DNA of 64,000 nt, taken from the NCBI RefSeq assembly GCF_001194135.2, contig NC_068981.1, positions 33,647,646-33,711,645 of the forward strand. The letters run 5' to 3'. Shown piece by piece: positions 51,444 through 64,000 of this stretch (within the stretch, counting starts at the first letter, position 1; each line of letters begins with the position of its first letter). The notes under the pieces were generated by a model, which was not told the DNA's origin, made no database searches, and worked only from the letters and a program-made list of their open reading frames with translations. Position numbers and translations under genes: made by a program. The DNA comes from Octopus bimaculoides (taxonomy: Eukaryota).

Positions 51444-54400
51444 GGATGTGTATGAAGTGTATGCATGTGTGCTTTTGTCTATATAAATACGTATACATGA
51501 AGGCAGATGTTTGGGCAAATGTGTTTACGAACACATATACATACACACAATATCCATGCATAAATGCTGATGTGATCAATGATAATGTTGATACGGGTTT
51601 TCAATTTATTTCTACAATAAATAATGTCTACAGAAATCATTTCTCTCTAACTGTCCATCCCTCACAATAGCTGGTGGGTATCGAAATTAAACCAGTTACA
51701 AAAGAGTTTACTATCTATAACAAACAACTGTATGTGTAATGTGAGAAGCAGAAATACTTTTAGGCTATTAGACATAGTTAAAATAACACACAGTGCAATA
51801 AATAAATAAAAAATACAAACAAATAAAAAAAGTATCGGCAGTTGATGAGGGTATGGAGAGAGAGAGAGAGAGAGAGAGGAGGAGGGAGAGATGAAAGAAA
51901 TTGATAGGTTTGATAGAAATAAAACAGCAGCATTGCTTATTTGTGACTTTATCGATACTCCATATTGTATGTAACTGAAAGTTAAGGAACCTTTAGAAAA
52001 TAAACTGGTTATCCTGTAAGAGAAAATGATGGATAGGTGCCATGTAAATGTTCTGCAGCAGGCATGACAATGAAGACAATGAGTACTACTACAACAATGA
52101 CAATGATGTTGATAATGATGATGATGATTGATTGACTGACTGATTGCAGTGAAGTTAATGCTGGGGCACCAGACTTGTATTGCACAAAAAGATCTATTAC
52201 TTAAAAAAAAAAAAAAGGTGGGGGAAATAAAAATGATTGTAAGCTGCAGCAGATTTTTCAAATAAAGTCAATGAATTTCTTTGAAGCATTTCAATTTCCA
52301 AATTATGAATCATTGATACAAGGCAAAAACAAGATTTAGATTCTGTATTTGATTTTATTCAAAACATGTCTATTAAACATATCTTTCCTAATAATTTTTA
52401 AAGGATTACACTGAGCAACATGATTTTTGCAGAGATAAACAAAAACTTGTTTTTGAATAATTTGAGGTCACTGAACCCTAAAATTACATTGGTTTTTGCT
52501 ATCACATCACTATTTTGCACTGTGACATAAGCCATTTTTGATAACTGCCTTGATTCCAATGACATTGGCCAGTATACACTGAAAGTATAGTTAATGTATC
52601 GACTCATGCACCTTATATTTTGGGCTCAAGTTGCACCTTACAGTTATGTTCATTATTAGTTCTATTCTAAAATATATTTAGGACACTTGAGTCTAAAGAT
52701 ATCAGTTTTGGCCTCTCAGCACAAATTAGTTAATGATGTATTTTTGATACAAAAATAATGCTATTATCTTTAGATTGCTGAATTCTAGCTAAAATTAGAT
52801 AATTTCAGCACAAAACCTTAGTAAATGCATTGAACAAAGAAGCCAATTTGTTTAGCAAATTCCCTAGACTAAGCATGAAAAAACTTAAAGCAGCAATATG
52901 TTTTTTTATGTTTACCATATAAGACATTCTTGGCAATTATTAAGCTAACAACTACTTTGAATTGGCAGGGGACATGATTTTCCGTTTTAATGAATATTAT
53001 CTACACAGTCACTGAGCTTTCCAGAAAGGTTTGGTACATAGAATGGTAGATTACATCGGGAACCTTTAGTGGACTAACCTGGTAAACCTTACACTAGGAA
53101 GTTTTATAAGAAAAACATGTTGAATGAATGATGATTTATAAAAGAAGAGCATTGTAGTTTGTTTGAAGCATTGTAGTACATAAGTAGAATAATGAATGAC
53201 ATGAGAAATAAGGAAAGCTTCTTCTAACAATGCAAAAATAATTTATAGAGTTTATTTTTGAGTTACAATAACTATAGATTCTAATGTAGGGAACTCTGTA
53301 TTTTTGTGATGAAATAAACTTATTTAGTAATAAGTGGTTATCTTAATAACATTAATATTGTTATATTTGTATCAACATATCAGATTATTAATTAATTAGA
53401 GTTGACAAGGCTGAGACTATTCTTGAAATTGGTAATCCAAAAATACTCCCAAATAGGTCTAACTTCTAAGGTTCCTAAATACAAGGTGCAATTGGAGTCA
53501 ATCTATTGCATGTGTTAAGTTAATGTACAATGGATTATACTGTATTCTTTGAAACGAGAGGTGATAGGGCATAACTGGTGGTATATTTGGAAGCAATGTT
53601 CCAAATATACATGAGAATAGGTCTAACATTCAAAGAAACAAATAAAAAAATAAAAATTTTACTGCCCAATGATGCTCACTATAATCCTGAACTCTCAAAT
53701 CAAAATCTTGTATTTCACATACGAACCAAGCTTCACCTGATCCAACATTTACTCTCCAATAGCATGTCCAAAATTCCTGACACTTCAACCTGCTATGTTT
53801 TTCTGTCTACTGAGACTCAAAATGGAGTCATTGGTGCCTGGGATATGAATTTAAAACAAATGTGATGGAACAAGTAAAGAAGGCTCATGAGATTTAAGTG
53901 TTTTTTTTTTTGGAATGGGCATCTAAAATGTTCAGGACATACAGTTAACACTGACTGAAATGAACACCTTGTCTTTTTTGGATTTGGCAAATGGTTGGCA
54001 AAGAATACAGAAGTATCCATCTGGTTCTGTTGAGAATGTGTTATTTCAAGAGATTCTAACACTTTTCAGTTATTGCTGTACTCAACCAAAGAGTTTCTAG
54101 TTAATAGCATTGACAGTGTTAGTCAATAAAATGTGGTATTCTTGACTATTTAAATATCATGAAGGAGGAAAATTCTAAATTGAAACAACTATTCAGGATT
54201 GGATGTATTACTTTGTGGTATTCTGAAGACTATTTGAAACAAGGGAATAACATATTGAGCAGTTACACCCTATCATCCTGAGATAAAACAAATAGTTTTA
54301 CAATAAGTATGGTTAACTTTTATGTCAAGCACAGCTGGCTTCAAGAGCAACTGATTTTACAAACATATTTTATAACATTCCTACTGAGAGAAGTTTTGAC

Positions 54401-57400
54401 ATACTTGCAGTGTCATGTGATCCAGCCTGATGGTCATGTGAGCCATGCTATTTAGCGCAGCTAGAAATTCAATGAAAGGACTAAATGAGGCAGCTGAACA
54501 GAGTCCTTGAACGAGTTCATATCAAACTCATTACAAACTTGTCTTTGTAGATGAAATCAAAAGAAATTTTTTCCAATATATTCTTGGTTATCTTTTCATT
54601 TCAGCTCTTCACAGTGGCAGTGAGAAGCCAGGCTCAACAAGCATGTGAGCGGGTATTCAGCATTGATTCATTTATTGAAGTAGATATCATGCCACTTATC
54701 AAGGATATAGAAAAAACCCCAGAAAGACTAAATGTTTAAAGTGCCAATGAATGTTCTTATGTGTTACTTCCAGTTCAAATGCATAAACTGAAGCCTAGCA
54801 GACAGCCATTTGCAATACATAAGGACATGTACTATTTGTACTTGGTCATTCTGAAGTTGAATATTTTAACTTAGGACATCCAGCTAAACAATGTCTTCTC
54901 TCTCCAAAGAAAGAAAAACAATTCAAAACAGAAATTAATATACTAATTTCACCTTGTTATTTTTATATTGCAGTTGGGTCAAGCTTAAAAACGTCTGTGA
55001 GCATTGTTACACACTATTTCTTTGAAAAAATAAATAAATAAATAAATAAATAAAGGCCTTGAACAGGCTTCTTAGATGTGCTTCCAATTTATACAAAGAA
55101 CTAATCTTCATCACTTCAGATCCACAGTCAAATCTACATTAAATTTAGTCAGCTTAGTTCACCTGAGAACATTAATAACTTATGAACAAAAGCTCTACCA
55201 CTTTGTATAAAATAAAATGATAAAACTGAAAAGGTTTACAGAAATTAATGATCGATATGAAAGTTGGAAGATTTTACTTCAAATAAAAGAGAGAAATGTG
55301 AAAGGTAGATTAGACAGACAGACTACAAAAAGCTATGGGTAATAACAAAGCAAAATGAAAATGACACTGAACACAGTTTATGACATTTCAGAAGCTGTTT
55401 GACAAGTTTAATCAGAAAGCTGTTCAGGCACTAAATCCACTGTTATTCTACTTTTCAACATAACAGAAGAATTTTCAGCTTTATATGAAAGAATAAAACC
55501 CAAGAAAATATATAATAAAATAAAATTATTGAAATACTTTTTATGATGATGATGTTTGCAATAAAGCTGATGATTTTGTTGTTAAGTAATTTCCATTCAG
55601 ACCTGTAGCACAGTACATGTACTATACTTCCTTCAATCTGATATGGAATCACACTGCATGCTGTCATGCAGAGTTTATTTTGGGTGAACAGAATGCACGG
55701 TGCAATAAAGTATCTCCAGTTCTGACTGCTTTTTCTAAAGTGTTGTTGCTGTTGTTGTCATCATCATTGTCATTTTAATGTCCACTTTTTCATTCTTGCA
55801 TGGGTCATATGAATTTGTCAAGACAGATTTTCTACAGCTGGATGCTCTCCCTGTCACCAACACTCACTGGTTTCCAAACAAGGTAGCATTTCCTCTCATC
55901 CTTCAAACATAAACACCACTATGGCTGGACATGTTTCTATGGAAGATTGTTTATAATTTACATGCAATGACAATGAAGCACAAACACACACACACTCATA
56001 CACATGCACGGGGAGTGGTTTCTGTAAGTTTCCGCCTGTTCAAATCCACTAACAAGGCTTTGGTCAGCTCATTTTACTAGAATAATCCGCACAATAGAGG
56101 AACAACCATTAAAGGAAAACATTCAGCAATTAAAAATCTCATCCAAACATTTACTGTCATTATTTCATTTTAGAAAAAAATACTGAACTCATCTGAAACA
56201 GCAGAGAAATGAAATAGCATGTTTTATGGTATCTAGTGGGAATTGAACAAAATAGGCAACAGCAATACATAAAAATCTAATGAATTAACTAAGTTCCCTG
56301 TACAACATACAAAATAGCTACTGAATTCAGTTAATATCAGCTTTTATTTATCTTTTTTCTTCCCAGTCTTGTATGAACTTGTTTCATTGTATTGATGATG
56401 AATAGTAAAAGTGAGTAGTGTGTGTGCATATGTGCTCCTTCTAATAATGGAGCTTTTGATGGCTTGAAATTTGTTTACGACAGCAGGTTTAAGGCTCGGA
56501 TGGAGATGATACAGTCTATGGGAAGATGAGAGGTACCAGAACAACTGTACACTCAGTTGGCCAGTTGATGAAGTAGCCAAATTGTCTTTAGCCCTTTAAC
56601 ATTTAAATTGACCATATGCAGCCAAAATCTTCCAGTTGTTTCCTTTTCAAACCAATCAGATCCTTCTTCTCACATCTACCCTACATTGTCATTTTAAAAA
56701 TTAACCATCACATCATCAAAATCTCAAAGCTACAAGATAATACATGACTAATTCGAAACAGTATGGCTATATAAACATTACATTTGATGGAATAACCTGA
56801 GAACTAAATGGTTGAATGTATTACTGTCTTTAGAAGTGGGACTGAACACTTTAGTTCCAAATCTTATGACAGAAAATATATTATATCAAAATGATGTTGG
56901 GAAGAAAAGGAGAGAAAAAGTAGAGAGCGGAGTAGTTCAGTTATTTCCTAAGTGCAACTGTTGAGATAGAGGCACAAACAATTACATCACTCTATGTGTG
57001 TTGTTTAACCCAAGGTCAGTCCTGGTTGAGAAGGCTTATAGTGAAAGATATTCCGGCTATGACCATCATATCTCTTATCAAGACAGAGTATCTAGAACTG
57101 TATTATCTCATGAGTGCTTTAAAGTAGATATGGCTGCTATTTCTAACAGGGAGAGTGATGGCAAAGAGGATCTCTTAATTTTTATGCATGTCTATATAAA
57201 AGGTTTACCACAAGGTCTAGTGTTTGTTACAGTGTGGTCGTTCGTGTGCCTCAGAGCTATGCCAGTAGACAACAAGCTCTTGGTATGCTTCTCATGCTGG
57301 ATAGATCAAAGGATAAAGACCAGACTATTATGGACCAATTCTTCCCAAATGTAAAAGTAGGTTTTTCACTCCTACCTAGAGAAAAAAAAACAAAGTTACA

Positions 57401-57429
57401 GAAGCACTGATGACAATTCAAAACCAATA

Positions 57430-57610
57430 AGACCTGGGAGAGAAAGACCTTCTGGCAGGGAAACATATGACATTGTGTTGCAAGATCCAAAGAGAAGCTG
57501 CAGAGACAAACGGATTGAATTGGGGGAGAATCAGAAATGACAGCTCATAGTCGAGAATAGTGGAGGAAAGCTGTTGATGGCTGATGCTTCATAGAAAGCT
57601 GAGGGCTTAA
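57430..57610 (+). mobile_element. RTE LINE extreme 3' end remnant
   Basis: ...GRKRPSGRET...GLNWG.I...WRKAVDG resembles the RTE terminus. Confidence 0.5.
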
Positions 57611-58469
57611 AGGGAAAGGATATAAAAAGGTACAGTGGATGAAAAAGATCAGTCAAGGGAGACAGATTTTATCCTGCCACAACACAGGTGCATAAAAATA
57701 TAGTGGAATATTTGAGGCTAAAATAGTTTTAAATGCATTGAGATAGTCAACAAGTGTTAATGGTCCATGACGACAAACATGAGAAATATAGATCAATTTG
57801 AGTTCAAATCCTACCAGGATCAAATTTACCTTTTTTTTTTTATCGCTCCTGAATTGATAAAATACCAGTCATGTACTGAGGAATGATAGTATGACCTAAT
57901 CACTTCCTTTCAAAATTACTGGCCTTGTGCTTTAATCAGAAACCATTATTTAGATTTAATGTGAAGATGAGTACACTTTGTAAAGTGGTTGGCAAGCAAA
58001 TAAAAGAAAAACAGAGAGTGAAAAAGATTCTTTTATCTTCTCAAGGATATGACAACTTCTCTTGTGTTAGTACCATGATAAAATGTACCTAGTAGTCTTT
58101 GTAAAGTGGCTGGTAATAGGAAGGGCATCTATCCATAGAAACACCATAAAAAATGGAATGCATGAGCAAGACATGCTTCACTCATAGATTCCATGTAGGT
58201 GGGCAGTAATTACAAATAGGATCTGACTCAGATGATGACAACTTGTCCAACCCATGTCAGCCTGGAAAGTGGATTTAAAATATGATGATGGTGAAAGCAT
58301 GATTAATGATATGAAAGTAGAGAAAGCATTAAGACTATCAGAGATAGTTGCAGAGAAGCTTAACATATCTTTTAGGAAGAGAATTAGCAATATGAGGTGC
58401 TGTTCAGGTTTATGCCAAATGGAGTTACTATCTATACCCTCTTCCTACTTCAGTATGGACAATAACAAT

Positions 58470-58614
58470 AATAATAAATAATAATAATAACATCGAAAAA
58501 TACCTTAAGAATGAGAACCCAGATTCGAAATTTTCCCAAGACATCTGATGAAGGCTGGAGGGTATATCAGCCAAAACGATGAGGACAAATATCTGTCAAA
58601 TGTAAATAATGTAC
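58470..58614 (+). mobile_element. Third, truncated copy of the (AAT)n-hammerhead element tail, with a decayed core
   Basis: aataataacatcgaaaaataccttaagaatgagaaccc...gacatCTGATGAaggctggagggtatatcagccAAAACgatgaggacaaatatc matches 26010-26180. GAAA has become AAAA and the cleavage region is deleted. Confidence 0.8.
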
Positions 58615-59010
58615 TAAGGAATAAGCTGCTGTACCTAGCCTTTAAAAATCTTGAGAAGGTTTTGACAAGGTTCTATGCACTGTTAAAGGAGCTTGAGGTA
58701 GATGAATAGCTTGTTGGATGTGTAATGATGATGTATTCATTAAAGATGGAGCACAAATGAATTAAGAGAAAAATTTAATAAAAGTGAAATCAGAAATAAT
58801 GGGCAAGAGAGAAGACTGTACTGGTATGGGCATGTGATGTATATGAAGGATGAGAGTTACATAAAGAAGTACTGAATGCTCAGAGTAGATGGAAACTCTG
58901 GCTGAGGGACAAAGTGGTGAAGACTGATGTTAAGAGGCCAAAATTCATGACAGACATAACAAGAGACTGTAACTTGTGAAGCATGGGGAAATGGATATAA
59001 AAAATGATAA
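58615..59010 (+). mobile_element. Decayed RTE LINE fragments (RT domain 2 and 3' end, internally deleted)
   Basis: KLLYLAFKNLEKVFDKV..LEVDE.LV..VMMMY followed by QERRLYWYGHVMYMKDES, typical of RTE ORF2. Confidence 0.75.
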
Positions 59011-60612
59011 TGGTGGCTGTGATGTTGACTTAGATGCATGATATCAACATTTGAATCTCACCTAAATAATATGTTCACATTAAGTCTTCATGTACTATTC
59101 TCTCCCTTCCTTTGTTACTTTTCAATCCATTAATCATCAACTCTTCTATTAACGAGTTTCCCACTATCACTACCTCTCTGCCATGATATAGTTTATGTAA
59201 TGAGAGATTGGATCATACTGGATCAATTTGTATTCAATCGTTTCCGTATTGCATTTACCTTTTCTTTATTGCTGGCTATCATTCACACACACACACTCTC
59301 TCTCTCTCTCTCTTTCCTTGTTATAACTGACATCCATCACTTCTACTCTCTTACCAATACCTATCTTCACTACTGTCCATTACTTACTCTCTCATACACA
59401 TAACTCCCTCCTCTATATCACTCTGGCTCCCTTTTATCATACTGGTGCAGGTGAAGAAAGCGACAATATATAGAGAGGACTCTATAGTCCTATCAAAGAA
59501 AAAACATCTCCAGAGCTTGAGCCACAAAAAAAAAAAAAAAAAAAAGCTCTCCCCCACCCTTTGTAGACTTGATAAAGTGGTTGGAAAGACGAAAGACATC
59601 CAGTCAAAGGAACCATGCCAAATATGGAACATACAAGAGAGACATGGTCTCTGATTCATTTAGGTACGCTGTAACTTTGAAGAAGAACTGGCTTGGTCCA
59701 TGGTAATGCATCCAATCCATGCCAACATAGAAAACTGAATGATGATGACGATGGTGACGGTGATGATAAAAAGTAGTATTTTGAAAAAAAAATGTTTTCC
59801 CTCTGAGTGAGAAAAAGTGCTTTAAAAGAAATGTCTCTGGTGTGTGAAAATGAAAAGAAGTTCACTGTAACCAGCTATAACTATTTGTAATAGATTAGAA
59901 TCACTTAAATAACTTGATGATGAGTGATAAGAATATATGATAACATTTAGTGAGAGATATGTATGGAACCTTTAGGCCTCTATTATCATCTGTAAGCCTC
60001 AAGGAACTCTATAATGGTGTTTAAGACATTAAATATCTCCCTCCAGACAGAATTCTGGTTCTAACAAATAGCATTCCCAGATAAACTGGTACTTAATGTT
60101 GATAGTGAGATGAAATGGAGCATGAAAAATTGAATGTATTGCCCAAAGACACAAAGAACAGCTCGCTTTGGATTTGAACTTATGAACTCTGAGCTGATTA
60201 TCTATATCATATCAACTATCAACTCAACTGTTAAAAACCAAAAAAAGAAAAACAAAAGAAAAAAAGCTTTACAGTGTTTTGTAATGCTACAGGCAGAGAA
60301 ATATGTTTAATAAAAGTAAAAATACTTGTAGCAGGTAGAAAGCCATAGAGATGAGAGTGATAAGTTGGATGTGCTAAGTAAACATGGGAGAAGTGCAAAT
60401 GAGCTGAGAAATGTGTTTGGAAATTGAAGATATTTGTTGATGCATGCAAGAGAAAAGTCTGCATTTATATCACTAAATGATGAGAGTGATGTTAGTGAGA
60501 TGAGAAATATTGATTTTTTTTTTTTACATTGACATGAAGCCGCACATGTGCAGAGGAGGTGGTGGAGGTGGTAGGTGTGTGTGTGTGTGTGTGTGTGTGT
60601 GCGCATGCGTGC

Positions 60613-60655
<43 letters not shown>

Positions 60656-63432
60656 CGTGCGTGTGTGTAGTCAATTGAATTTACATCATTACATGGCATG
60701 ACTAGTATTGTGTTTATTGATCTTAGAATGAAGAAAAACAAAAGTCAACGTTCTTTAGGAGGATTTGAACCCAGAACACAGAAATAAGCTTATTTTTGGT
60801 TAAAACATTTGATTTAGTCGAGAGCTCAACTGTTTCTGTTGTTCGGCAACGGTCTAATAGGATGAGAAATATTGAAAGCTAGAGTCACTAAGTATATGAG
60901 CAAACTGAAACAACTTGAGACACGGTATTTCAAATGTGCCCCTATCCTTTAATATTTGATAAAGGAAATGTCAAAGGGTAAGGGAAGAGATAGGGACGGG
61001 CTAGGAAAAGCTTTTCTGTAAATCTTACAATACATTTCAGCAAAAGAAAATGACTGTTAAATTACAATAAGGATGACGATCAAAGAAATAATGCCAGCTA
61101 AATTTATAAAAGAGTTGATCTTAACATGATGAGAAAACTAACAAAAACTGTCAATGTAAACCACAATGATAAAAGAATAGAAAATCTAAAAGAAAGTGAA
61201 TAAAAATTGAAGTAATTAATTCCATACTGTGTCTCTGGATATGCAACAAAACTTGGCTTTTCTTCTATTCACATGAAAACAAGAGAGCTCTTTTCATTCA
61301 TCTTGATAATAATTCCAATCGGAAACAATCAACAACATGAAAGCATCTTTAGAACGTGAGAATAGAAAACCTTGTAATAGGCTTGTGCTAAGTTGTTCAG
61401 TAGCATTTCAAAGATTAATCTTACTCAAATAAGCATTAAGGTTAAGAAGGCAAGAAAAATACATAGGAATAAAAAATTAAGATACAAAAAAAAAAAACTA
61501 TATCAATTTTATAAATTTACACTAGAAAATGAATTTACAGAAAAGCTATTTTACAAAACAAATACATTCACCACACATACACCCTGGAATAATTAAAACA
61601 AAGTATATAGTTAATCAATAGTCGTGAAATTAAAATGATTTTTTTGCATAGGCACATGACCTCATATAGAAAGAGAAAATGTGATAGTGAGTTCTTCAAT
61701 CCTGTCACATGCATTTTCATTTATCACTGTTTGTAGCATGAAACTATTTGCACATAAAATTGTGTGTGTGTGTGTGTTTGTGTATTTTTTGTTTCAGTAA
61801 TTATACGGCGGCCATACTGGGGCACCGCCCTGAAGAACATTTTAGTCAAATGAATCGTTTCCAGTACTTTTTATTTTAAAGCTTGGTACTTATTCTATTG
61901 ATCTCTTTTGCTGAACTGCTAGGTTATGGGAATGTAAACACACCAATACTGGTTGTCAAGCAGTGGGGGAGGGGGCAAACATAGATACAAAGACATATAT
62001 ATATACACATACATGCATGCAAGTATGCATACACACACATACTCAGATCAAAAGCTAGAGCCATCACTTGCAAGCAAGTTTGACTTGGTAGTAGGTACCT
62101 TGCTTTCACTAATTGCATAAGGTACCTCTGTAGATGTGGACAGACGTAGGCACCTTCTTGGCCCTCTCACTTGACATAGTGGAATGCTGAGAACATGACA
62201 ATTAGAGAGAGAGAGAGAGAGAAAGAGAGAAAGTGAGAGAAAGAGGGAGAGTGAGAGAGAGGTGCGGCTGTACCAGCACTTCACTGGTATTCATTTTCAA
62301 GTGGAATGTGAAATTAAGTACTTTGTTTAAGGACATAACATTCCACTTGATCCAGGAATTGAACCCATGATACACGAAGATATGTAAAACTTAGTGGTTA
62401 GAGTAATGGATTCATAATTAAAAGATCGTGAGTTGGATTCCTTGAATGGGTGGTACATTATATCCTTGAGCAAGGGAGTTAAATTTCATTGCTCCAGTTT
62501 ACTCAGTTGTAAATAAGTAGCAAGCAAGTGCTGGTGCAGGCCTCTCTCCCTCCAGCTGTCACATCCTCGATACTCAACTGGGTCAAAAGGTGAAATGGCC
62601 AAGAGGGTGTCTATGTCCATTTGCAGCTACATGGGAACCTAACATAATTAGTGAAAACATGGTACATGCTACCAAGCTACACTTGAGAATGACGGTTTTA
62701 GCTTTTTTGTACACTTGCATGTATGCGTGTATGTATATACTTTTGTGTGTGTGTGTGTGTGTGTGTGTACGTGTGCATGGATGCACATGAAATAAAGAAA
62801 GTGACAGTCTACGCAGTTGATACCAAATATATCAAAGTGTAAATAATGAAAGTAATAACAAATCAGAGCGGAATGGAAAGTCAGTTCTAATTTCTGAAAC
62901 ATGCTAAACAACAGAGACATACCAAAGTTAAAGCTTTCAATCTTTATTATTTCATTGAAGGCAATAAAGTGTGATAGAACTGAATTTCCTAAAGCACTAA
63001 GTAGATAATTTGGTTTGGAAACCAAGAAAAAAAAAATAATACAGACATAAGGAATTTGATGTCATCCCTTAGGATAGCATCTGCATTATTTATGAGCCAG
63101 CAAATGTGCGCACACAAATGTTCATGCATGACTACACACACACACACGCATACATACATACATACAATGCTATATGAGTTACAAATGACAGCCAAACAAC
63201 CCTGAAATTATACAGCACCATTTAAATAAAAAAGCCATTAACCTTTGGCCTACCTGTGTATCACATGTGATACACAAAGACACATTTCACAGGCATCCAT
63301 TCAATGTTGACTGTTTACAAATAGGGGACTCCACATAGCCATTCAACCTGCCAGAAATAGCCACCAAATATTCCTCAAATAAGAGCCAGTTGTTTCAAAA
63401 AGATGATACTGGATAATTGAGATCCACAGCTA

Positions 63433-63469
<37 letters not shown>

Positions 63470-64000
63470 GTAAATAGGTTATGGTTGGAATGGTTTTGTT
63501 CAAAAAATCTATTGACAGTGGTGGTGGTGGTCATGGTGCTATAGTACAGTAGCAACAAAATACAATAGTCACCCTGCGTGGCTACGTGGTAAGAAGTTTG
63601 TTTCTCAACCTTATGGTTCCAAGTTCGGTCCTACTGTATGGCACCTAGAGCAAGTGTCTTCTACTATAGAACCAGGCTGACCAAAGCCTTGTAAATGAAT
63701 TTGGTAGACGGAAACTGAAAGAAGCCCATCATGATATATGCATGTGTGTGTTATTGTCTCCTTGCCTTGACAGCACCTAATAGTCGTAAACAAGTGTCCC
63801 CATCATGCATGTGGTGGCCTTTGTTTTCAATCTATTGTGAAAACATGTCTGGTTAAGGGGAAATACTGCCTAACTTAAAAAAAGACAAGAGTTGACAACA
63901 GGAAGAGCAACCAGCCATAAAAATCTGTCTCAACAGATTCCATCTGACTCGAGCAAGCACTGAATAGTAAAATGTTAAAGAAATGATGATGATAACGATC

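Noticed and set aside
54551-54739. 62-aa ORF MKSKEIFSNIF...
   Set aside because: No recognisable domain and no partner exons found.

Overview
AT-rich animal genomic DNA with many microsatellites and SINEs and nine N-gaps. The repeat families look like those of Octopus (inference from recognition, not a search). Two spliced genes converge tail-to-tail. (1) The last three coding exons of carnitine O-acetyltransferase (CRAT, + strand, 353-4007), ending in a peroxisomal SKL signal. (2) Exons 2-8 of dolichyldiphosphatase 1 (DOLPP1, - strand, 38810 to 8670), a PAP2-family enzyme with all three catalytic motifs intact; its intron 6 has a non-canonical GC donor, and exon 1 was not found. The same convergent CRAT-DOLPP1 pair exists in human. 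The introns hold tRNA-derived SINEs, decayed RTE, CR1 and L1/Tx1 LINE fragments, and MITEs. The most striking non-genic structure is a ~460-bp foldback in DOLPP1 intron 3 (25720-26180). It is built from two head-to-head copies of an element with a tRNA-like head, an (AAT)n spacer and a Penelope-type minimal hammerhead ribozyme tail; a third, decayed copy lies at 58.5 kb. Almost all ORFs in the supplied track are artefacts of N-runs, microsatellites or repeats.
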